From: Crocosphaera subtropica ATCC 51142
GTDB taxonomy: Bacteria > Cyanobacteriota > Cyanobacteriia > Cyanobacteriales > Microcystaceae
NCBI RefSeq assembly: GCF_000017845.1
Contig: NC_010546.1
Coordinates: 4,470,001-4,502,000, forward strand
Length of the DNA stretch: 32,000 bases
Direction: 5' to 3'
Of the stretch, positions 1 to 6,770 are shown one piece after another. Position numbers and translations under genes: made by a program. How positions within the stretch are numbered: position 1 is the first letter of the stretch; each line of letters begins with the position of its first letter. The notes below the pieces were generated by a model. The model worked only from the letters and a program-made list of their open reading frames with translations, did no database searches and had not been told where the DNA came from.

Positions 1-144
1 AATTAAGTCTCAAACTAAGCTTCAGTAAAAGTTTTGCCTCTTCGCAATGACAGTTCTTGATCTTGACAATATCTGGCATCTCTAATCGAAGTTTTTAGAA
101 CTGATATATGTACCTGGACAAAAATAAACGTTATTGTAGAGTAA

Positions 145-180
145 GCAGGGGGAGCAGAGGAGGCAGGGGAGGCAGAGGGG
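145..180. repeat. 4 x 9-bp purine-rich tandem repeat (GCAGRGGRR)
   Basis: Read directly: gcaggggga gcagaggag gcaggggag gcagagggg. It sits in non-coding AT-rich sequence. Confidence 0.85.
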
Positions 181-247
181 AAAGGTCTTATTTACATTTC
201 TTAGGACAGTTAATTATATTTATGTCCAACTACTTAAAATAAATTGA

Positions 248-457
248 CGATTTTGTTATAATTATAGCCATCATTTAGGTGAAACTCGTTGGCAAGCTGA
301 GGAATTAATTAATTTTATTAAAGACTGTGTGAAATCAGGCACAAAAGCGGTTTCTTTTGGCGGTGGTGAACCTTTAGAATATCCCGATTTATTCCGTTCT
401 ATAACGCCCCAAGAAATGGCTAAGGTAGCAGGAAGAAAACCGTTTCAATATGAATAA
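248..457 (+). pseudogene. radical SAM enzyme fragment, truncated at both ends
   Basis: An open frame with no start codon reads RFCYNYSHHLGETRWQAEELINFIKDCVKSGTKAVSFGGGEPLEYPDLFRS... FCY fits the last Cys of a CX3CX2C cluster motif and GGGEPL fits the SAM-binding GGE motif. Only about 70 codons lie between the stops at 245-247 and 455-457. Confidence 0.4.
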
Positions 458-473
458 TTGTGAAACGTAAAGA

Positions 474-542
474 TTATATTTTCAAATTTATTTGTACCCA
501 GTAATCACGGGTCGCTAATTCGGCGTATTCCTCATAAACCAT
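474..542 (-). pseudogene. C-terminal remnant of a Uma2-family (DUF820) endonuclease gene
   Basis: A 22-codon frame reads MVYEEYAELATRDYWVQINLKI and resembles the K..Y....EYW.(V/I)D block of Uma2 proteins. Its 3' flank shares about 35 bp (18 bp perfect) with the 3' flank of the Uma2 gene at 1914-2390. Confidence 0.3.
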
Positions 543-615
543 ACATTATGGCATTTTGTAAAACGGGAAGTTCAGATATAGAATTGAAAAGAAAACAGAT
601 GTTGAAGTGAGACTT

Positions 616-1761
616 ATGAATTTAACAGTTAATCTTTGGGATTGGGAAGGATTTTATTACATCGGCTCCAGTAACGATGATGTTATCAACGGTTCATTGT
701 TTAGTGATACAATCGCTGGCAATGCCGGCAATGATTCTTTGATCGGTGGTTCAGGAGATGATAGGTTATATGGTGGAAATGATAACGACACATTGCAAGG
801 AGGACGTGGCAATGACTATTTGGATGGTGGTTCAGGCTTAGACATTGTAAAAGAATTGGCAGATGTTGACTTTGAACTCAACAACAGTCGGTTAATTGGA
901 TTGGGAACAGACGTAATTGTCTTAATTGAAGGCGCGCATTTAATTGGCGGAGAGAGCGACAATACTATTGATGCAGGGGGCTTTTCCCTTGGTTCAGTTA
1001 CTTTAGAAGGAGAGGGAGGAAATGATCGCCTTTATGGTGGACAACTGGATGATTTGCTCATCGGCGGTGAAGGAAATGACACTATGTCAGGCAATCCCGG
1101 ATCTGATCACTTGTTAGGAGAGAATGGCAATGATAGGTTATTAGGTCGTTCTGGTCAAGACACATTAGAAGGTGGAGATGGTAGCGACCACCTCTATGGT
1201 GGATCAGGCGATGATGGCTTGCTTGGAGGGTTTGGAGATGATTACCTTAATGGAGGATATGATAATGATACGTTAGTTGGTGGTTTTGGCTCTGACACCC
1301 TTCTGGGGAATTATGGAGATGATTTTCTTCATGGAGGAGGAAACAGTGACATTTTAGAAGGTCAAGATGGTAATGATACTTTACGAGGGGCTCAAAATTA
1401 CTGGGACAGTTTAGGGACAATAGATACTTTGACTGGAGGACAAGGGAGAGATATTTTTATTCTTGGCGTTGATGATGAAGTCTCTTTCGGCAATTTGTAT
1501 GATGACTATCTTTATCCTGGTCGGGCTTATAATGATTACGCTCTAATTACTGATTTTGAAATTTCTGTGGACAAAATACAGTTATTCAGTTCGCCAGGTG
1601 GTTATACTCTGGGCAGTTCTCCTGTTTCTGGCATTAGTGGAACAGGGATTTTTGTTGATCGAGGTATACATGGTGTTTACGATTCTAAGGATGAATTAAT
1701 AGCCATAGTCGAAAATGTTTCTGGGCTTAACTTAAGTAAAAGCGATTTTATTTATGTATAA
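616..1761 (+). CDS. RTX / hemolysin-type calcium-binding repeat protein
   Basis: There are more than a dozen GGxGxDxL nonapeptide repeats (GGSGDDRLYGG, GGEGNDTMSG, GGDGSDHLYGG and others), no N-terminal signal peptide, and a C-terminal non-repeat domain, which fits a T1SS-type substrate. ATG at 616 is preferred over GTG at 607. Confidence 0.85.
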   Translation: MNLTVNLWDWEGFYYIGSSNDDVINGSLFSDTIAGNAGNDSLIGGSGDDRLYGGNDNDTLQGGRGNDYLDGGSGLDIVKELADVDFELNNSRLIGLGTDVIVLIEGAHLIGGESDNTIDAGGFSLGSVTLEGEGGNDRLYGGQLDDLLIGGEGNDTMSGNPGSDHLLGENGNDRLLGRSGQDTLEGGDGSDHLYGGSGDDGLLGGFGDDYLNGGYDNDTLVGGFGSDTLLGNYGDDFLHGGGNSDILEGQDGNDTLRGAQNYWDSLGTIDTLTGGQGRDIFILGVDDEVSFGNLYDDYLYPGRAYNDYALITDFEISVDKIQLFSSPGGYTLGSSPVSGISGTGIFVDRGIHGVYDSKDELIAIVENVSGLNLSKSDFIYV

Positions 1762-1913
1762 GGTAACCGTTCACTCCACCCAAGAAACAAGAGATGATTG
1801 GAGAAGTGGCTCAAAATCCTAGCAGGGTTGCGAAGTCTATAATTGAGCCTCTTTTCACATAGGGACATCCTTATCAATAATCGTAAAACTTAAAGATTAT
1901 ATTTTCAAGTCTA

Positions 1914-2390
1914 TTACCCTTTTATGATAGAAATATTTTCGTAAATATCACTAATTTTGACATCAATATTAATGAAATTTAGCTTAATCATATCGTTGAT
2001 ATTTTGATAATCTTTTAACAACCATTGATTATTTTCTGTTTTGGTATAATGTTCAATAAAATAGTTTACTTGATCAATTAAAATATATTCTTTTAAATAA
2101 TGAAGAGAACGATAATATAAAAATTTGTCCCCTCTATCATAACTAGAAGTTGAAGGCGATAAAACCTCAAAAATAAGACAAGGATTAATAATTTCCTCTT
2201 GTCTATTTTCGTTAAAAATTGGATCTTCTGAAATTACCATGACATCAGGATAAACCCCTCTTTTATACTCAGTTATCCATACCCTAAGATCACTAGAAAA
2301 TGCTTCATAAGTTTGATTTTCACAAGCATTCATTAACAAATACATAAGATTGCGAATAATTCTATTATGATTAATGGTTCCACCAGTCAT
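1914..2390 (-). CDS. Uma2-family (DUF820) putative endonuclease, probably 5'-truncated
   Basis: The translation contains GGTINHNRIIRNL, EVLSPST and DRGDKFLYYRSLHYLKEYILID, all typical Uma2 blocks. The homologous frame continues upstream of the ATG (LFKRISYEYHDGVIIPM) to the IS boundary at 2420 without a start codon. Confidence 0.7.
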   Translation of the reverse strand: MTGGTINHNRIIRNLMYLLMNACENQTYEAFSSDLRVWITEYKRGVYPDVMVISEDPIFNENRQEEIINPCLIFEVLSPSTSSYDRGDKFLYYRSLHYLKEYILIDQVNYFIEHYTKTENNQWLLKDYQNINDMIKLNFINIDVKISDIYENISIIKG

Positions 2391-2630
2391 GGGAATAATA
2401 ACCCCATCATGATACTCATATGAAATCCGTTTGAAAAGTTAATGTATAATAAGAGGGTAGAGTTAATAAGCGATCGCCCTCCAGATGCCAAAAAGAATTG
2501 AGATAGCCGAACACCTGAGTGTATCTGAATTACAAGCTAGATATCGAGAGGCAAAAAATCCAGTAACTAGAAGTCAGTATCAGATAATCTGGCTATTAGC
2601 TAGTGGAAAAAAAACAGAAGAAGTAGCGGT

Positions 2631-2659
2631 GCAGCCGCACTCGCCAAGGGCGAGACCGC
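2631..2659. other. GC-rich mini-insert 1 (about 29 nt; boundaries +/-3 nt) inside the transposase HTH region
   Basis: The sequence gcagccgcactcgccaagggcgagaccgc is 22/29 G+C in an AT-rich gene. It has a perfect 6-bp stem with a 3-nt loop: ctcgcc-aag-ggcgag at 2640-2654. Removing 29 nt restores ...EEVAVTGYTVYWV... Confidence 0.65.
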
Positions 2660-2990
2660 CACAGGATATACAGTGTACTGGGTGAGAGAATTAGCCAGAC
2701 GTTATAATCATTCAGGAATTGAAGGATTAGGGGATCATAGAGAAAATAATCCAGGAAAAGAACCATTATTAGATGAAGTCCAGATAGCACAACTCCTACA
2801 AGTGATTCAAGGGCCAGCCCCAGATGGAGGATTATGGAATGGAAGAAAAGTAGCAGATTGGATGAGTGAAGTTTTAGGATACCGAGTCTGGCCACAAAGA
2901 GGTTGGGAATATTTGAAAGCAATGGAATACCGCTTAAGAATACCCCGTCCTGAAAACCAAAAAGCCGATTTAATTGAGCAAGAAGAGTGG

Positions 2991-2999
2991 AAAAAAAAC
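2991..2999 (+). promoter_or_regulatory. A8 run / A_AAA_AAC candidate -1 frameshift site joining transposase frames
   Basis: Frame 0 reads EEWKKNSPLG* and frame -1 reads (E)KKLAFRVKEIQ. The switch point coincides with aaaaaaaac at 2991-2999. Confidence 0.5.
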
Positions 3000-3409
3000 T
3001 CGCCTTTAGGGTAAAAGAAATACAAGAAAAATATCCAGAGAAGAAAGTAGAATTATGGACAGAAGATGAACATAGAATTGGATTAAAGCCAATTTATAGA
3101 AGAATCTGGGTAAGTTGGTCAGATGTGCCAACAGCAAAAATTAAGTGGCAATATAAATGGGTTTGGCTTTATGGTTTCGTGAACCCAGAATCAGGAGAAA
3201 CTTATTGGTGGTTAATGCCATTAGTTAATCATGAAGTATTTAGCCAAGTTTTAGCTGATTTTGCTCAACATTTTGAAATTGGAAAAAATAAGGAGGTGTT
3301 GTTAGTTTTGGATGGGGCGAGATGGCATACGAGTAAATCATTAAAAATTCCTGAAGGCATACATCTAGAATTTTTACCATCCTATTCTCCTGAATTACAA
3401 CCAGCTGAA

Positions 3410-3458
3410 AGCGCACCGCCCCGTCTGAGGTTCCCTCAGACATAGGGACGGAGCAAGC
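3410..3458. other. GC-rich mini-insert 2 (about 46-49 nt) after the conserved SPELQPAE block
   Basis: The sequence is agcgcaccgccccgtctgaggttccctcagacatagggacggagcaagc. It has a perfect 8-bp stem with a 3-nt loop: gtctgagg-ttc-cctcagac at 3423-3441. Removing it restores PAE-RLWPLTNEP. AGC triplets sit at both edges (3410-3412 and 3456-3458). Confidence 0.65.
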
Positions 3459-3644
3459 AGACTGTGGCCTTTGACAAACGAACCAATTGTGAATCGTTCT
3501 TTTGAAACAATAGAAGAATTAGAAGAAGTTTTAATTCCTCGCCTTAAGGTGTTAATGAAACAGCCCGAATTCATTCGTGGATTAACTTGTTTTCATTGGT
3601 GGCCAACCGTTCATACTTGCGTTTAGTGATTAAGCGGATTTCAT

Positions 3645-3712
3645 ATAAGATAATAGGTTATAGCTGTCTAACCCACCCTACTGAATTGAGACAGCTATAA
3701 TAAGATAATAGG
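3645..3712. repeat. 43-bp hairpin unit flanked by 13-bp direct repeats (MITE-like or terminator)
   Basis: ATAAGATAATAGG occurs at 3645-3657 and 3700-3712. Between the copies lies a perfect 12-bp inverted repeat, ttatagctgtct (3658-3669) and agacagctataa (3689-3700), around a 19-nt loop. Confidence 0.7.
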
Positions 3713-3715
3713 AAT

Positions 3716-3732
3716 GTGAGCAAGATGCTCAC
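3716..3732 (-). terminator. candidate intrinsic terminator downstream of the flotillin gene
   Basis: On the minus strand gtgagca-tct-tgctcac is a 7-bp stem followed by T-rich attcctattatcttatt. It lies 53 nt after the stop codon at 3785. Confidence 0.4.
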
Positions 3733-3784
3733 TCGCTAGGAAAATTTAATGCACCCTCATCACCTGAAACAATACACTACTTTT

Positions 3785-5839
3785 TTAAGATTCCTGAGGA
3801 AAATCATTGAGAAAAGATAAGTTATTTTCTTCTTCTGTTGTAATGGTTTGTTCTTGAGGGGTTATAGTAGAAGATGATTCTGAGCTATCAGACTTTTTAT
3901 CTTCTTGACTTTCTACTTTTCCGTCAGTATTTAAAGCGGTTTTTATCTGATTAATTAATGTGCCTAACTTCCCTTCATCCAATAAAGAATTAATCAAGGT
4001 TAAACCACTGGTAGATAACATCAATTTACTAATATCTCCCGTCCCATTGCCATTACTACCATTTACCCCTGGAAACGCATAAATTTTTGCATCCCCTAAT
4101 ACGCCAGGTTGTGGGGCCAAAGATTGAAGAATATAGGGCAATTGGGGAGCTAATTCGGGCCAGAGGTCTTTTATGAGGTCAGCGGTTCTGTTTGCGTTGC
4201 TCAGAGCATTTTCGGCTTCAATGAGGGCTTTTTTACTCTCGGCTTCAGCTAACAGTTTATACTTATTAGCATCGGCAAGGGTGCGAATGGACTCCGCTTC
4301 TAACTCGGCAGCTTGTCGAGCAATTTCTGCTTGACGACGACGGCGGAATACGTCAATTTCTACAACGTTTTGCTCGGAAATGCGGATTTTTTGAGCTTCT
4401 TGTTCGGCTGAAATGATAACTAACCGTTGTTCCCGTTGGGCTTTTTCCACTTCTTGGGCAGTGATAACAGCAGCTTCAGCTTGGGCTTTTTCAGCTTCTG
4501 AGTCAAATCTCTCTTTTTCTTTATTAGCAATAGCAATGGCAGCTTGTTGTTGAGCAATTTTTGATTGTTGTTCAGCTGCTGCTACTTCCGCTTGTGCTTG
4601 TAGTTGGGACGCTTGAATCATTTTTTGACGGTTAATTTCTGCTACTTCTGTTTCTTGTTGTTGCAGGGTTTGGGTTACTTTTAATTGTTTATTTTGTTCT
4701 TCTAATTCGATATTCACACTAATGCGTTTTTGTTGAATAATCAATTCTTTTTCAATTTTTTCTTCTTCAACTTCTTGTTCTTGTAAGATTCTATTTTTCT
4801 CAATTTTTGCTGCTTCTTTATCCTTGGTTTCTTGAATTTCTCTCTGTTGTTGAGCGCGGAAAAATTCAATGTCTTTTTGTTGGGTTAAGTTCGCATCTTC
4901 TTTTTGTTTTATAATTTGTAAGCTTTGTTTTTCGGCTTCTAATTCTCGTTGTTCGATGGCTACTTGGGTTTCTAATTCAACCTCTCTTTTTTGTTGAATG
5001 GAACGTTGTATGGTTTCAGTTCTTAGTCGCACCCCTTGAGCATCAAAAAAGTTATTTTCGTCATAAGTATCACTTTCTTCAATCTCAGAAATAGCAATAT
5101 TATTCAGGGTTAAGCCTACTTTTTTAAGGTCTTGTTGAATGAGGTTTAAAACCGCTTCTGCAAACCCTAATTTATCTGAGTCAATTTCGGCTATTTTTTT
5201 CTTCTTCGCTGCTGCTCTAATGGCATCGTCTGCCCGTTTTTCAATGGCATCTTTGATGTCGTTTTCTGATATTTTTCCTTGTTTTGATAACCTGGCGGCT
5301 GCTGCTAAAATGTCCTTTTCTTCTTGAGCAATACAGATATAAAAAGTCACTCTCATATTTGCTCTTAAATAGTCTTGGGTTCTCACCGCTAATTTATCAG
5401 AGCGAACCACATCAATAGAGATTTCTCTTAAGGGAACACGGGTGATTTCATGGAACCCAGGAATGACAATACATCCCCCATTTAAAATAACCGTTTTGCT
5501 CTTTTTAAACACACCTCCTGTTCTCACTAAGGCTTCATTATTCGGGGCAATTGTATAAAATCGGGTGTACAACCAAACACTTAATAATAAGAGAAATAAT
5601 AAGATTCCAATACTCCCTAAAATACCCACAAATGGTAAACTATTTAAAGTAGAGCCAACTTGTCCTATATAAGGAGAATTACTGGGTAATACTTCTTCAA
5701 AAATAGGTTGATTAAGAGATATTTTTAACTGATTTTTATCTTGCTTAAATAAGTCTATTTCATCTAAGACAAACCAATTAGAATCAAAGGCTATTTTAGG
5801 CAACGCTTGGATCAATTGTAATTCAAATTTAGGATTCAT
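3785..5839 (-). CDS. flotillin-family SPFH/Band-7 protein (YqiK-like) with long Glu/Gln/Ala-rich coiled coil
   Basis: An N-terminal TM helix is followed by an SPFH core (VRTGGVFKKSKTVILNGGCIVIPGFHEITRVPLREISIDV...) and about 300 aa of EA/Q-rich heptad-like sequence. ATG at 5839 has a GAGG 7 nt upstream and is preferred over the TTG at 5857 used in the ORF track. Confidence 0.85.
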   Translation of the reverse strand: MNPKFELQLIQALPKIAFDSNWFVLDEIDLFKQDKNQLKISLNQPIFEEVLPSNSPYIGQVGSTLNSLPFVGILGSIGILLFLLLLSVWLYTRFYTIAPNNEALVRTGGVFKKSKTVILNGGCIVIPGFHEITRVPLREISIDVVRSDKLAVRTQDYLRANMRVTFYICIAQEEKDILAAAARLSKQGKISENDIKDAIEKRADDAIRAAAKKKKIAEIDSDKLGFAEAVLNLIQQDLKKVGLTLNNIAISEIEESDTYDENNFFDAQGVRLRTETIQRSIQQKREVELETQVAIEQRELEAEKQSLQIIKQKEDANLTQQKDIEFFRAQQQREIQETKDKEAAKIEKNRILQEQEVEEEKIEKELIIQQKRISVNIELEEQNKQLKVTQTLQQQETEVAEINRQKMIQASQLQAQAEVAAAEQQSKIAQQQAAIAIANKEKERFDSEAEKAQAEAAVITAQEVEKAQREQRLVIISAEQEAQKIRISEQNVVEIDVFRRRRQAEIARQAAELEAESIRTLADANKYKLLAEAESKKALIEAENALSNANRTADLIKDLWPELAPQLPYILQSLAPQPGVLGDAKIYAFPGVNGSNGNGTGDISKLMLSTSGLTLINSLLDEGKLGTLINQIKTALNTDGKVESQEDKKSDSSESSSTITPQEQTITTEEENNLSFLNDFPQES

Positions 5840-5853
5840 TTTTCTACCTCTTT

Positions 5854-6597
5854 TCAAGAATCTTTTGGTAAGTTAGTTTGATTAATCCATTTATCTTCGT
5901 CAGAACTATCTTTACTAATTCCGATATAACTATGTTCTTGACGATCAATAATTAAAATGGCTTGTCCGTAATGGGGAATAACATCAGCCCAATGGGGTAA
6001 ACTAATACTAATAGTGACTAAATTTCCTGCCGTGTCATAGACATCGGCTTGCCCTATTTTTCCCTCAACTAAATAAGGAATGGTCTTGGATGTTACGGTT
6101 CCTACACAGCCAATTAAACGCTCACTTTTAACATCTTCTCCAAAGGAAGCAAACATTTGTCCAATGGGATATGACAATAATTTTCCTGTCCATAAACCAA
6201 TAAATAACGATAGAAAAAAGACTAAACCCCCTAACCCAAAAAATTGATCGGGTATAGTTCCAGTGAGACTGCCTATGATAGTATTTAAAGTCCAACCCGC
6301 CACACCCCAAGCACTAAAATCAATCCCTAATAAAATCATTAACGGGGCTTTTCCTAATCCAAACCAGGCTAATAATTGAAAAGGATTAAATTCGTTCCCA
6401 TCGCCATTAATATCAACATCTACATCAGTTTCTACATCAGCATCTAAACTGAAACCATTACTATCAAGATTAACATCGATATCGCCATCAATATCACTTC
6501 CTTCGCCTCCTCCATCAGAAACAATAATAAGAAAAAAGAAAGCGACTCCAACGCCAATTAAAACCCAGTAAAGTAAGTTAGCCGAATGCAATAACAT
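5854..6597 (-). CDS. YqiJ/NfeD-like membrane protein (DUF1449-like) with C-terminal OB-fold-like domain
   Basis: It has an N-terminal TM helix, an acidic Asp-rich tract (SDIDGDIDVNLDSNGFSLDADVETDVDVDINGDGNE), further TM helices and a C-terminal beta-rich domain (IGCVGTVTSKTIPYLVEGKIGQADVYD...). It lies immediately upstream of the flotillin gene, the arrangement of E. coli yqiJK. Confidence 0.65.
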   Translation of the reverse strand: MLLHSANLLYWVLIGVGVAFFFLIIVSDGGGEGSDIDGDIDVNLDSNGFSLDADVETDVDVDINGDGNEFNPFQLLAWFGLGKAPLMILLGIDFSAWGVAGWTLNTIIGSLTGTIPDQFFGLGGLVFFLSLFIGLWTGKLLSYPIGQMFASFGEDVKSERLIGCVGTVTSKTIPYLVEGKIGQADVYDTAGNLVTISISLPHWADVIPHYGQAILIIDRQEHSYIGISKDSSDEDKWINQTNLPKDS

Positions 6598-6770
6598 TGG
6601 AACAATTTAATCATTTATTCCTATCATAGCATAGAAACTTGTACAATATCTTTTTTGACTTTTGTACTTAATAAAAATCAATCTTAAAATATTAACAAAA
6701 GTTTAAAGTAGCAATAATTATAATATTTCATCTCATCTTTTAATTAATCGTCAAGTAAAAAATGATTTTT

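Larger units (their letters stand above)
2485..3626 (+). pseudogene. IS630-family DDE transposase, interrupted (frames 1>0>2>0)
   Basis: The segments are 2485-2630, about 2660-2998, 2999-3409 and 3459-3626. Joined, they read ...SGKKTEEVA-(V)TGYTVYWVRELARRYN...EEWKK-KLAFRVKE...WTEDEHRIGL...LVLDGARWH...LPSYSPELQPAE-RLWPLTNEPIVNRSF...HWWPTVHTCV*, about 354 aa with DDE-type blocks. The breaks are two short inserts and an A8 run. Confidence 0.8.
2421..3643 (+). mobile_element. IS630-family insertion sequence, degenerate copy
   Basis: The termini are inverted: tgaaatccg at 2421-2429 versus cggatttca at 3635-3643, with weaker matches further inward. TA dinucleotides flank it at 2419-2420 and 3644-3645, the IS630/Tc1 target duplication. 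It is 1223 bp, or about 1145 bp without the two mini-inserts. It encodes a DDE transposase in four frame segments. Confidence 0.8.

Noticed and set aside
1-79. A possible minus-strand gene start (MPDIVKIKNCHCEEAKLLLKLSLRLN...) runs off the left edge.
   Set aside because: Only 26 codons are visible, with no recognisable motif and no clear RBS. That is not enough to call a gene.
2604-2672. Frame 0 is open through mini-insert 1 (…GAAALAKGETATGYTVYW), so a -1 shift near 2626 could read through it.
   Set aside because: This would add about 10 unrelated residues inside the helix-turn-helix, and there is no slippery site at the required position. An insertion is the simpler explanation.
2596-3443. 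Minus-strand ORFs at 2596-2922, 2807-3025 and 3240-3443 lie within the IS element.
   Set aside because: They are antisense to the recognisable IS630 transposase segments and show no motifs.
5139-6310. ORFs at 5139-5327 (+) and 6128-6310 (-).
   Set aside because: They are embedded in the flotillin and YqiJ-like genes, antisense and out-of-frame respectively, and are low complexity.
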